A DNA stretch of 64,000 nt from contig NC_088858.1 of assembly GCF_963853765.1 (NCBI RefSeq), positions 39,184,001-39,248,000 of the forward strand, given 5' to 3'. Source of the stretch: Magallana gigas. Its lineage: Eukaryota. The position numbers and the translations under genes were made by a program. Below the pieces are notes generated by a model. The model did no database searches. It was given only the letters and a program-made list of their open reading frames with translations, and was not told the origin of the DNA. Shown here piece by piece: positions 11,892 through 25,450 of this stretch (position 1 is the first letter of the stretch; each line of letters starts with the position of its first letter).

Positions 11892-13018
11892 CTTTCTTCT
11901 CCTCAATTCTTTGGTATGTTTAACTGTGTCACGTCGTTTCAATACTTTTTGCAAGAAAACTAATGAAAACGGTATACTATTTAAGGAATCATTCTTTGAC
12001 TATTTTGGTCAAATTAAAGCACGAAGGGATTTGATTATTTTAGATTTGATCAAGCTCCGACCAAAACTATCACCTCACAATATTCTTAGAATGATTCCTT
12101 CTTACTTACATTTATAGAATTTTTAGAAACTGTACCATAAAATATTAGAATATTGACATATTTATGTGATTTTCATTTCTTTTAATTATGCAAATCCCGC
12201 TTGCGCCCCAACAATACGTCATTTGAATTTAACGAACTGTACACTATCGTAGTGTTATCACTGAAAAAGTGAATGTAAAAGATTTGTTTCCTTTGATGAG
12301 TTACTTTTATATACATGATAGTAACTAAGTTAAAATATTATATAAAAAAAAATACGCAGGATAATTTTGAATAGTTATGAAAATCTATGCTAGATTTGGT
12401 TTAATTAACAATACATTTTGTATAATCTAAATATCGTAGTCATGAAAGGGGAAAGGGGGGGGGGGTTATGATAAACCAAAACCACTGTCCAGTAGTTATT
12501 TAATTGGAAAAGAACCTGATGAAAAAAAATAAAAGGTTAAACTAGGGTATATTACATTAAAAAAAATGAATGATGTTTGTAGAGATGATAAAAGACCAGG
12601 GGTCACTAGTTTCTTAATCTTGGTAGATACTCCTTTGCTCGTCAAGTCTGCCTGTCTGATGCCCTGGGGCAGATATGGCGATTGCCCCAAATTTTTACAA
12701 TTTTGGCCCAAAAGTCGAACAGAGAGCAATTTATGTAGGTCATCTAATCGGTTTGATTAGCGTAACAATTTATTTAATTAATCCAAAATAAAACCAATGT
12801 GTTATGTAATGTAAAGTAAACATATCTGACCCGCACGATACAATAACTTTCAGTCGGACAAAAATTTAAATGCCATCGACTGTGCTTGACAATAGTGGAA
12901 ACACGGGATTTAAAAGATCCACCCCGATGTAATCAGGTGGAATAACCACAGATCGATGTCTGAATGTTGAAGAACCGGCGATATATTCCACTACGTCCCG
13001 ACAGAACCTCCCGTAACT

Positions 13019-16000
13019 ATGGCAAACAAATACCAAGCCAAGAGCCCGGTAAGGCGCACCTGTTATGCAATTTGCACGTAAAATAAGGTTTAAGTTGTGC
13101 ACTAGATCGGATCTAGATATTGTGCAATCAAAAACAATCAACAAACCAAAGAACGGTTGTTAAAGTCTGGTTATTCGTTCTTTTTTTAGGATTTCGTCGA
13201 CCTGGGTTCGGTTGGGATAGATTTCGGAGAGGATGAAGACTCGGGTGGATTTGAGTATCACAAGCTTACAGATCAACAGCTTAAATGTAAGTATACATAT
13301 CTATGTTTGCACATGTTCAGAGGTACGATACGACCCACTTCTCGTTGCACATGAATTTTAAACATCCCTTTAAATTCAGACAAAACTTTATTGGTAAAGC
13401 ATGAGATAGGAAGCCTTGAAGCAAGTTAAGCTATTAACTACCATAAAATATCGTAGTTGTGTCTTTTAGTGTTTGTGCAGAATTTTTTCTGTTACTAGTA
13501 TCTAATGTAATGGTGTCCTTTTTTCAAAGTCGTAAGTAATTAATTGACTTGCTTTACATATCACATCGTTTTCGAAATTATTATCAGGCTATAGATGTCG
13601 ACCAACATCAAACTTTACAAAGATTATAACCTTGAGCTTTGAAATAATAATGTATTTCTTGTCCACTTTCCTAGTGATTAGCCTCAACAATATTTCGATT
13701 GACAATGAACTGAAAAATACAAAATTATGATCGTCTATACAATCCTCTTTCTTTATCCCTCATATCGTTGGTGTTCAAATTTAGTCATTTATACATGACT
13801 GCAATTTCATTAATATTTGCGGTCAATATTTTTTCGTGGATATAGTAACAGTCACATTTTCAAGGATACGTAATTTCATGGCCAGTGATCCTATCAATAT
13901 AACAAATGTATTATTAATTAGACATTTCAATGAACATTTATTTTCACGGATCTTCTCGATGCACAACGAAATCCACGAAAATTAGTATTCAATGAATATT
14001 AGTGAAACCGCAGTACATAAACTTTCAACAAAAGTATTCATAAAGTGGCTATAAAAGAAAACAATATGCTGATATATCCAGCTCGGTGCTCAGGTATTGA
14101 TTAATGGATTAGTGATATGAAATACGAAATCAGCTATATAGGTGCTTGATGAATAATACAACACCATAAAGGGCAGCCATAGCACAGCTTTCCATGAATA
14201 AAAAGAAATGAATCAATCTTGATCCCGATAATGAATCTAGCATCAACAAATAAATTTGCGTACATATTTTTCTTTTGGAAGGGGAATGCTAAATTTTGTA
14301 ATCGATCTTCGTATTGGTCCGAATTCAGGATCCCTCGTTTCTTAAAATTGATTGATAATTTACTGATGACGGTTTTCGTACATTAAATCTACGCTCTGTC
14401 ACTTAATTTTTATTTTCTCTGTTACCAGGGAATTTGCAACAAAGACATCGGTTTCTAAGATAAGCCATTTTATGCTATGTACCAGACATCATGTTGTCTT
14501 TGAAGTGGCGAGAACAAAACTTGTTGTAATAGCGCTAACTTCCTTTTGCACCAGGATAGAATAATTTCTGAATTTGTTTTTCCATTAGCTAACCAGGAAA
14601 AGTCCATGGATTGAACTGTTTTTGAGAGATACTTGTCATCATCTTGATTTTACGATTTGAATTTTATATGTTCTTTGAAATAAATTTAATGTATTGTCGC
14701 ATCTACTAATCAATTGCTGCATTTGCTGCCTCTGTCCTTTTGTCGTTATACTGCACAATGAAGGGTTCCTTTATAGATCAATGTCGGAAGATGCTGCTTT
14801 ATGACAGAGCCAGGTAGCAATTCTTTTTTGGTATCGAGGTTAGTTAGGTTTAGCTGTATTTATTTTACTCACCTGCCTTTAAAAAAAGAGTTAAATTTTC
14901 TTTTCTACTCAGTCGACGGCACTAAGTTTTTTTTGTAAAAGTGACGTCAATATATTATCAAATAATTACATTTTCAACTGTCTTTGTCTGTGATACCATT
15001 ACGAATCAATTTTGAACCATAAAACCCAATAACTTCATTACATACAATGTAGCATGTGCTACATGAAAAATAGTGGTTTTAAAATAATGTTGTTTTAAAG
15101 TGTATTAATTTGAAATAATATAAATATAAGTAATAAAAAATCATTCTTTGAATATTATGAGGTGATAATTTCGGTCGGAGCGTGGTCAAATCTATCATAA
15201 AGCCCTTCGGGCTTTATTGGAATTCCCTACGCCCCGACCGAAATTATCAACTCATAATATTCAAAGAATGATTCCTAAATCCTGAAATAGTAACCTTCAG
15301 TGGTGTGTATCAAAGGTCAATGATTTGGTTACTAAATGATTTGGTTTATTTGAGGAATAGAATAAGGAATCATTATTTGATTATTATGTTGTGATAATTT
15401 CGGTCGGGGCGTAGAGAAATCCAATAAAGCCCAAAAGGTTTTATGATAGCGCAGCGAGTTATCTAGAGCGTTTTCTACGAATGAGTAAGTCAGAAGTTCG
15501 AATTCTACTACGGCTTTTACAATTTTTACCATTCCAAACATTTCTTCAACATATTTTTGGTCAAATATTGTAAAATTTTAAAAATTTCAAAACGATGAAT
15601 TATTTTCATTGCTAGTATGATGTACTTTTATCCACATTTTTATCGACAGGTGTCAAATACAACCTTAATTTGATATTCATGTGAAGATGGAGGGGTATAT
15701 TTTTCCATCATGACGACTTGTTGTTAAATTTTCGAACACACTGAGTTAAAATCAACACTCTTTATTGCAGTATGTAAAGAATGTTTCGAGTTCTTTGACA
15801 AGGACCACAGTGGCGCCATTGAGAAAGCCGAGCTGATCACGGTGATGCGAGCAGTAGGACTCAACCCGTCCAAAAAAGACGTGGAGAAAATGATCAAGTC
15901 AGTTGCAGAGAAGGGTAAGATGTAAAAATCGCCTGAAATTCCTGTGTTTGTTAGCAAAAGGTGTAAGCTTTCGGAATCACCAAAGGACAAATGATAGTTT

Positions 16001-17281
16001 AGGGTGTTGGCTTATTTTCAATGAATCATTTCCCAAAAATTCCGGGTATTTTTTTTTTTATAAATTGTAGAATTTTTAACTCATGTTATATATGCACTCA
16101 TTGACAGTATCATGTCCACTGTGACTTTGACTTTCAAGTGACCTCGGATCAGGTTCATGACACATTCTCATGAGCAATATTTGATCCAAGTATGAGTTTT
16201 TTGTTATTCTATTCTCATTTCTGGACTGGGCACGAGAGTGGAACAAGCATATGAACGGACGGACATAGAGAAAGGAGGGTGAAGATGAAACTATGTTGAC
16301 ATTATAACGAAATCTTATGCATTAGTCTTAGTCTAATTAGACTCGTAGAGTCCAGAGTATGCGGCGATGCCGAGAGGGTGGGTCGGTGGGTGGGTAGGGG
16401 GGTTGGGGGTTGGACATACTAGTACTAATAATGAAGTACTTCTCTTTTCCTTCAAGGGGGAGAGGGTATAAGGAAGTCGTGTTACTGTTATATTTCTGTC
16501 ATACTGTAGAGCCCTTTTGAATTTATTGGGTGTATGTAAATACATTTACAGAACAAGCCATACTGTAAATTTTATTTACACCAAATATTTTACAAAATGA
16601 CATATTTACATCTGTACTACTTTGACCAATTTTTGTTTAGAATTGATTTTGATATGTGTGTTACAGGAAACGAGTCCATATCGTGGCCAGTATTTCAAGA
16701 ACTACTCAGCAGCTCCTGGAAATCAGTGAAACAGAGTAAACTAGAAATGTTGGCCTCCTTCCACATATTTGACATCAACAAGGATGGTTACGTGGACGCC
16801 TCAGAATTGAAGAAGACCCTGACCAGTATGGGGGAGTCCCTTACTGAAGAAGAGGCCGAGGTTCTTCTAAGAACCGCGGACACGAATGGTGACGGAAAAA
16901 TTGACTATAAAGGTAAAGTTGCAAGCATAACAATCTTTATTTCTTTTTTTTTTGGACTATATTAACGTTACTGTAATACTGTAAACCTATTGCACGTGAC
17001 TGTGTATTCTATTTACGCTTTTGGCGGAAAGTTGATTTGCAAAATCAAGTACAGTACAACGCTTACTGTCATGCATTCATCTCAGGTGGGTTTTTATTCG
17101 TAAGAGGCTTTATCAAAATAAAAGTTACTTACAGTAGTTTTTACAACTAATATATTTTACTCTGTTGTGTAATAGTTTCCGTAGAATTTTTTTTTGTTCG
17201 TTAATTAAAAAACGAAAAAAATGCAATAACATTTTTCATTTATTACTTTCAGAGTTCGTGAATATGATTTGCGAGTTTTGA
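13019..17281 (+). CDS. Calmodulin-like EF-hand protein A, 181 aa, 5 exons
   Basis: Exons 13019-13048, 13190-13286, 15771-15914, 16667-16912 and 17253-17281, all GT-AG and in phase. Canonical loops DKDHSGAIEKAE, DINKDGYVDASE and DTNGDGKIDYKE; EF2 is degenerate. CaM-like linkers (GLNPS, GESLTEEE). Confidence 0.9.
13797..14015. mobile_element. Tc1/mariner-like MITE in CaM-like A intron 2
   Basis: Imperfect TIRs ACTGCAATTTCATTAATATT / AATATTAGTGAAACCGCAGT. The internal GTGGCCAATGATCCTAT-like segment recurs at ~20140 and ~27045. Confidence 0.55.
15139..15273. mobile_element. 135-bp foldback MITE with a central cTTCGg hairpin; a partial second copy follows at ~15365-15440
   Basis: ~45-bp inverted arms AATCATTCTTTGAATATTATGAGGTGATAATTTCGGTCGG / CCGACCGAAATTATCAACTCATAATATTCAAAGAATGATT; core ATAAAGCCC-TTC-GGGCTTTAT. 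Confidence 0.75.
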
Positions 17282-18897
17282 AAACGAGGATGACGCAATA
17301 GACCTCTTACCGTTTCTGCTAGCAGAGCGGACTCGTAGAACGCATGCATGCAGGTTCTATTCTGAGATCTGCGGCCGATGGAGGGTTTATAAACGGTAGC
17401 CTGTTCTATTTACATGTTGTACGTGTTTGACTGGTGACTTTGATGGCGTGACTGTGACCAGAAACTTTTTCATAGATCTACATTATGAGTTACGGTTCAT
17501 CATTTTAAATACATTTTTATTTACATGTATATTCTTGAGAAAAATGATTAAAAACACGAAAAAAATATATATATTTTGTTTTATATTCAACTATTATCAC
17601 TTAGTTTAACTAACAGATAGGATTTTTAATGATATATTGAAAATGGTCAAATGTAATTACTTTTCCGGTTCAAAGGAGCATCTCAAAGTGCGTTTTTTTT
17701 CTCCACCCCCCCCCTTTCCCCCTCCAAAATCTCATTAAGGGTAATGTACAAACTGTATAATTACCGGTATATATTATACATCAATTTTTGTGTAATTATT
17801 CAGTTTCCTACGAAAACCTGTTAGGCTCAATTTCAAAAAATTAACTCGTTAGTATTTGGTAATAACGAGTTAATATTTCATTTTAACGAGTTAGTTATCT
17901 TTTGATACGAGTTATCTAGTTACGATGAGTTAGGATCTTGTTATAATGAATTAGCTTAGTATCTCGTTATAACGAGTCAATTTTAGAGGCATGTAATTGT
18001 TTTAAGTCATTAACATAAACACTTTGTATCTAATTTCCGTTCACGATCTCAGCCCGGTCATGGAATATCTCCAGTTTAACTTAATTTGATATCTAAATCT
18101 CGAAAGTTAAAGTAAAACCAAATTTCTTATAAATTGCGTAAATTAAGATATACAACTTTTTATTCTATACGACTAACCGATTACTGATTTTGTGACCGTT
18201 CCGACCGGTTAGAAATTAATGGATTCAACATTTGTTGGAATAACTTGTACATGTATATGATTAATAAATTGATACTTAATTCTTTAATTTCACCGTGGAT
18301 TTAAATACATGTACGTGGTGGGATCTGCGACATTTATCAAAGTTGAGCCAAAATGAATTCCCATGATTCAACAGTATCATTTTAGAGTACATGTCCTGGC
18401 TGGAGCGAGATTCAGAGTGAGATGACGAACCATACGAATTCGCGCGCCTGCAAAGTTAATTCGAGAACAATCAATGACTGATCAATTACACTAAGGTGAT
18501 TTAAATCATGTCATGTCAATACAATACGGACTATTTGTATAAATGAAAAGACGTAATATGTAGTTTATATATTGGTAAAACGATATAAAAGTACTAATAT
18601 ATCAATGTAAACGTATTAAAAAACAGGTGTAGGCCCCTATACGATTCCGTAATAAAGACACAAGTGTAGGCCCCTATAGGCTTCCGTGCCTCTAGAGGCT
18701 AGGTCGTTATAACGAGATAAATATCTCGTTTTAACGAGTTAAGTTTCTCGTTGAAACGAGTTATTTCTTCACGTTATAACGAGTTAATATTCATGTCACA
18801 TTATAATATCTGAGCATAAACTGAATATATGCACAAAACTAGGAATGACTTTGCCGTCCTCATGGCTGTATGAACCACAATTGCTTTGCTGAAATAA

Positions 18898-20030
18898 GTA
18901 AGTAAGTAAGTAAGTAAATCATTTATTATAGTGACATGTGCATTTTGCATGTTACAATAATACAGTGAAACAATAATACAAGATAATAGCACCCGGCCCA
19001 TCGGACCTATATGTCACTGGTTATATAAATTACATATTTAAAAGTCAACGTGAAAATTTTGATTGTCTTAGTTTTAGAGCATTGATAATAAATTGAGAGC
19101 ATTGCCGAGGATAAGTACATACTAAAGTTCTGAATAATTCAAATTCTTCATAATTTGTTGAGCCAGTGGTATTTCTAATAAGTAAATTTCGTAAATCATT
19201 ATATAATGTACATTTTAGGATGAAGTGAATTTCATTTTCAATTTCATTTAAATTACAAAAAACACAGAGTCTGTCAGTTAAAGGTTCATTTCGAAAGCGT
19301 CCTGTTTCAACACGTAAAGGGAGAATTCCACATCGGAGCTGAGCTAGGGCAGATCTTTGATTTTTTGGAATGTTCATGAGAAGATAATTTTCTGTTGAGA
19401 AGTTTTGCTTTAGGAGACGGTAAGTTCTGAGTTTGGGAGAGTTTTGAAGATTTGCGAACCAAATGTTTTCTGATGTCGAGTGTTGGTTTTGGATAAAAAG
19501 TTGGACGTCACAGCATATTGCGTTAGTATAGATATTTGACATGTTCACGGAATTTAGCACAGCTTTTAGTTGGCAGTTCCATCCCCTTTCGTTGTTAAGG
19601 CATTGATCCCAGATGAAAACTTGTTTTGCCGTCCTGTTGTTGTCCATTGTCTGAAATTTGTTCCAAAGGCGGACCATATTAGATTTGTGTCTGGAGCTAG
19701 CAGGGGCCCATCCGGTTTCTCCTCGTACGGCTAGTAATGGTGCTAAACGATGTGTTCCCAGGAAATATCTTGCTGCTCGGTCCTGCACTTGGTCCAGTGA
19801 ATGGAAGTTTTGGTATCCCCATACTCCGCTGCAGTAATCTATTACCGGGGCGACACAGCTATAAAATAATTTTTCAAACGTAGTGAACCCAATGTCCTTC
19901 AAGCTGTGGATTTTGGATATTAAGGAACCAAGAGCTCGTCCTCCAGATTTAGAAAGATTTTCGGCATTATTTTTAAAGTCTCTGTTTTCGTTAAATAACA
20001 CTCCGAGGTATTTATAAACTGATGCACCAT
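18898..20030 (-). mobile_element. 5'-truncated non-LTR retrotransposon (LINE; probably CR1/L2-group, clade not resolved)
   Basis: Open frame 20030-19045 encodes the RT C-terminus (YKYLG motif, thumb) and a CX2C-X8-H-X4-C knuckle (CVFCNLNEIENEIHFILKC). (TTAC)n 3' tail at 18898-18918. AAATAA direct repeat at 18892-18897 and 20031-20036. The empty site is present at 26940-26945. Confidence 0.9.
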
Positions 20031-22126
20031 AAATAATGCACCATGCACGTTCAGTAGTTTTAATCATATTTGTGGGCATTGAATTTCGTTGATTTAGTAA
20101 AAATCATAGTCTCAAGGATATCGGGTAAATAAACTCGTGGCCAATGATCCTATAAATACAGTATGTTATTTTAAAAAAACAGGTATGTATTGAATTTTCA
20201 TTTTTTGAATTTACGAAATTTACAAAAAAATGGTACTAGTATTCAACAAATACAGATGAAACTTCACTATAGTCTGTTCCAAGATATTTATGCAGCTCAT
20301 TTGGACGATTTTCAATAAAAATACACATTCCTGTGAAAGAAGTGCAATTGAAATAGTTGAAAAGGATAAATTCCAAGATAATTTCATTGACACATTATCA
20401 TCTCTCACTCGGAAAAGTTCACGGGAACGAAAACGGGATTCCATACGGAGATTTATAATGGGGAATGTTTACATCTTCTCTCCATTCGGAATACTGTCAC
20501 CATGTAAAATGTATATTTTACATGTTCCGAATATTTTCTATAGTTTAGCTTGTTGGTAAATTAACGTTATTCACTCTTCTTAATTATCGTGAAATTCCTC
20601 CTGACTATGATGTGATAAAATGTAAATTAATGTTTATCAAACGCCTTAACTGTAACAAAGAAATAGGACATCAAAGTAATCAAGTGTAGCTTTGGGAAAG
20701 ATACTTATTAGAAAGGCGGGATTGAAGGACAATGGTTTCAGCTAAGAAATGTGTGTTTGACACTAATAGAGTTAATGCAATTACATAACAATTAGCGGAT
20801 TAACGCAGGTGAATAAATGGGCGTTTACCTGAGAGATGGTCGGTTTAGGGATAAAGAAATATTCTCTGATTGGATGATTTATACATGTCAGTTATTTAGA
20901 GGGTCACGCCAGTAAAATATTATTATATGTTTTAGAGTTGATAGTAAGTTAGTTGAAGAAAGTAGAGAGTCAGAGTTCGATAGTTAGAGGTTAAGAGTCA
21001 AGGTACAAGTCGTCCGTCTAATCCGTTACGTTTTCCCTCACTGTCATATGTAGGTTAACATTAAGTTAGAATTATTAATAAGCGAGTTCCCCCTTTTTAA
21101 TGTGTACGGAGTGGAGAGTAACTGTTTGTATAATTGTGTTATTAACTGGAATAAATGTGGAAAATACAGCGAGTGTTGAGCTAATTCCCTAGTAATCGCC
21201 CGGTACAGAAAATACCCCTTACGATACAAACCCGGCGGTTAATTATAATACACTCGGAATACATCGCACAATTTTTTAACGTTATCATCCGGGCTTATAA
21301 ATGGCTGTTGCAATGCAAAATCTCCGTAGACTTTCAATTTCGGGATGTGTATTGAAACCTGAAGCGGTAGAGGGGGCGTTTCAAAACAGATAATCTGGAC
21401 ATTTTTTATATTAGTGGATGAACGTAGTTTGAGCACAAAGGTATTTACTATTATTGAAATATCAAGCAAAAAGTGGTGGAAGCAAAAACTCGGGACAGAG
21501 TATAGAAGGTTTGATCATGTACCAACCACGTTCATATCCTGTTGAACTTTTTAACATTGCTGTTTATTACTTATTCATTTGATTGATTTGAAAAAGGTAA
21601 ATTGTTTACAATTGTTAGAATTGAGCAATTTTTATGTTTACAATAATCCAACCGATAAGCTTGTGAATTCATTAAAAAGTTCACACAGAATTGAACATTT
21701 TCGTTAACCTATAGATTCATGTAAGGAAGCATATTTGCAAATGCAAATATAGAGTGATAAGTATTGTTTCAATGTCTCACTTTGCACAGTTTTCATTGCT
21801 CCAATATGCAATCTCTGGCACCTGTAAATTTAACATTTGGAAACCATATCTTTTAGAAGATAATGTGTCTACCAAAATTGATTAGAATTACATTGTATGT
21901 TGTAACTTGCATTCTTATTCAGATCGATGTAAAGGGACTGTTTGTACAGCCAGACAGAAATTTAAATGCCATTCAATATTCTCAAATGGAAACTCGGGAG
22001 TTAAAATAGGCATTACCCAATTGTTTACATCCGGGCTAATTGGAAAACGATCGGTATCAGATCTGCTTCGTGCAGCAGCACATCCCGACAAAATTACCAG
22101 AACATCCCGATAGAATAACCAGAACT

Positions 22127-24550
22127 ATGGCAGACGAGGGGGTAAAGTTCATTGAATATGTTTGGACTTATGCATTAGATCGAATAAAAAAAAAACCAAA
22201 CAACAAAGGAAAACAACGTTGGCACCGTCCGCTTTTACATGTACTGTCTTGTTCTGTTTTCAGGATGTGGTCAACCCGTACCCAGGGGAATGTTTGCAGG
22301 AGGGTGATGGTTTTAGCTATCCCCAATTTAAAGAGAAATCAGAACAAAGTAAGTAAACAGATTAGAACCCAACTTTTACATATATTTATTCGGAAAGCCT
22401 CTTGTATTTTTGTGAAGAAGGTATGAAAACGTCTGTAGTCATAATCAATAAGTCATATTCAATAAGTCGCTGATAGAAGGTTTGATGGTCGTAGCCATTT
22501 TTTTTTACTGAATTGATCTCCTTAAGAAGAAGAGCTCCATAAGAAATACATTTATAACTTTATGAATTAAATTTAAAAGTATTAAAATTTATGGATTTTT
22601 TTGTTTGTGTTATTTTTGTTTGTTCGGTTTTTTTTTTTTGTTTTTTTTTTTTGGTTTTTTTTTGTTTTTTTTTAACAAAATAATAGTTTACAGCAAAATG
22701 AATCATATCTTATAAGTCATGAAAACAGATCATATATATATTTTTAATTTTATAAATTTGGATTGCATTTCACGCATGATTAAGATTTTGAATTTATTAG
22801 AATTTGGAGACCAAAAAACGCTATGATGCATTACAATTTTAATGCTTTGCTTTTTTTCTCAGTATCTAAAGAATGTTTTGACTTCATTGACCATGACAAA
22901 AATGGCGTCATTGACAAATCGGAGCTTATCACAGTGATGCGAGGAATAGGACTCAATCCATCGGAGAAGGATGCAGAGGAGTTGATCGCATCTACGGCGG
23001 AAACTGGTGAAATTAAAAAATTTCGAATGTTAAGGGGGCTGGATGGTCGCGGCCATATGTAGTCTCTATTCGCCTCCGTAAAACGAAGAGCTTAATTTTT
23101 ATAAAGCTTCATTGTGTATGAAATATTTAAAATGATAAAGCTGAAGTATTTGGAGTGATTCGTTACTTAATAAGTGTTTAATATGACTAAAAAATATCAT
23201 TTTTAAAACGTTTTAATATGTTAAAGCTAAAATATTTGGCAGTTATTCTTTACTTAATAAATGTTTATGACCAAAAAATATCATTTTTTTAAATGTTTAA
23301 GGCAGATGTTGACCATCGACCCTCCCCAACATTAATCCAGTATATACGAAGAGAGAAAATTACATCTGATTGTCAAAAATATTTTGGTATAACAAAATGA
23401 GATAGTAATCAAAGATGTCGGAACGGGGGGGGGGGGGGGGGGGCTTAGCCCCCCTCCGCTCCACTTGTTTGCAAAGTTAGACCTCACCATCAGGCACATA
23501 GCATCAGGGAGGGGCTAGCCCCGCCTCCACTTTTTCTCGCAGCAAACATAATATTTCTTTGATTTACATGTAAGAAATTGAAGTATCAGGAAGGTGCCAC
23601 TTCCCCCCCTCCCCCCCCCCCCCCCCCCGGATTAGGAATTTAATGATTTTGGGAATTAGCCTTTTTTTTTTTTTGCTTGTTAAGATTTGTAATGATTAGT
23701 CTAACACCCCCCCCCCCACACTTTCAATTTGCTACCGACGCCACTGACAAATATCGCTTGTGCATATATTTGTAGCTGCATAGCATGTTTAGCAGATAAT
23801 CCAGTTCTTTTAAAAACTTTTTGTATTTGTATGTACCTTCCGATAAAAAGGTGGGAAAAGAAATGTTCCAATAGACAAGTCTCATATGACGTTTTTTAAA
23901 ATACTGCTTATTCAATCTAACGCCAGGGAGAATACATTGTATTTATAAGCATTATTAACATTTATTAAAGGGAAGGACACTATTTCATGGGCAGTATTTG
24001 ACGACATGATGAATGGCCCCTGTAAATCAGAAAAACTCAACAAGATGAATATGTTGGCAATGTTTCTTATCTTTGACAATAACAAAGATGGTTTCGTGGA
24101 CGCCACTGATTTCCAGAAAACAATGATCATTTTGGAACAGCCCTTTGGTGAATTTGAGACTAAGCTTTTCATAGAAGAAATGGACAAGAAGCCCCAGGGA
24201 AAATTAAATTACAAAGGTAATATAAATTCTTGCTACTTAATAAAAGCATTGCAAATGTTCATGCAAATTACAAACACCTGACGTTATACATTTTTCTCAT
24301 GATAAAATATATATATACGGTATACCGGTAGAAAGCATATATTTAATATGTGATGCAAACCTGTATAAACTTCCTTTAATAAAGACCAATAACCAAAGTA
24401 ACCATCATAGACTTTCGGATACATTACGGATTGACATCTAAAAATTGTTGCCCTTAATATAATTATCATATATCTTTTCAAAACAATCCCACATAATCAT
24501 TACTTTCAGATTTTGTGACCTTGATGTACGGTGAAAGTTATGCAGAGTAA
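22127..24550 (+). CDS. Calmodulin-like EF-hand protein B, 176 aa, 5 exons
   Basis: Exons 22127-22141, 22264-22348, 22863-23006, 23971-24216 and 24510-24550; intact frame with GT-AG junctions. EF1 DHDKNGVIDKSE is canonical, EF3 DNNKDGFVDATD has Asp12, EF2 and EF4 are degenerate. Confidence 0.85.
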
Positions 24551-24678
24551 AGATTCTGTGCCTGTCGATGACAACAGACCCAACTTCATGTGTAAATAGA
24601 CCTGGTAGCCTGATGAATATCCCATGATGTAATGTGCGAGACGAGTTAGTGACTGTTTTCTTGGTGCGTTTGATGCTT

Positions 24679-24838
24679 TTAAGAGGACTGAATGGTCGTG
24701 GCCGTTTTTTAGACTGTATTTACCTCCTCGAGATGAAGAGCTCTATATAAAAATATAGTTAAAATACTCTTTTAAAGATAAAATATTTGGATTTTTCTTT
24801 ACTAAATAATTAGTTGAACACGCATTCAGCCTCCTTAA
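24679..24838. mobile_element. TTAA-flanked MITE family member (Kolobok/piggyBac-type target); relatives at ~23030, ~28750, ~30558, 39182-39386 and ~47590
   Basis: TTAAGAGGACTGAATGGTCG ... GCATTCAGCCTCCTTAA. The same TGGTCG(T/C)(A/G)GCC..TTTTAGACT segment recurs at the listed positions. Confidence 0.6.
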
Positions 24839-25450
24839 GAATTCTACATGCAACCTGGTTTATCAGCCATTGGGTACTGTTTGTACCCAACCATTTGTGT
24901 GTTAGTGTCTGTCCATCTTTTTCTCTACCATTCACACTTAATAAAACCATGAAAAGGATACACATGGATGAGAAAACCATTAGTCTACATTTTTCATTTC
25001 AATTTCATTTTCAAGAAACTATTTGACATTATTTTATCAAACTTCATATGCTTGGTGAAACCGGTGAGAGAAATTCAATTGTGTAATATGTGTATTCTGT
25101 TTTTTCTTACAACAATTTTACTTTACGATATATATTATCTCAGACTAACAAAATGAGATGTAAAGTTTTTTTTTCATATTTAATTGCAATAAATTGTACC
25201 ACTGACCAGGACATTTTTTCATATCAATATACCAGTCTAACTTATAAACATTTTCAACCTCATAAAATAAAGAACCAAACTAATCTATCAATACCTCAAG
25301 AATTTATCTAATCATATTAATGAATAATAATCTTAAATAAAGGACGTCATATCAAGTTGTGAACAGTTTCATTCAAAAACCAACAAGTGAGCATCAACAA
25401 CTGAGCCCTAAACTCATATCAAACTAAAACTGTGTGAACTCTTTTAATTC

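Noticed and set aside
17279-17400. TGA stop of CaM-like A as selenocysteine or readthrough
   Set aside because: The stop matches the normal calmodulin C-terminus (29-nt exon), another TGA follows three codons later, and I see no convincing SECIS.
23425-23730. Poly-G/poly-C tracts (also ~10100-10170, 29500-29630, 44020) as functional G-quadruplexes
   Set aside because: They lie within common MITE-type repeats, and homopolymer lengths are unreliable.
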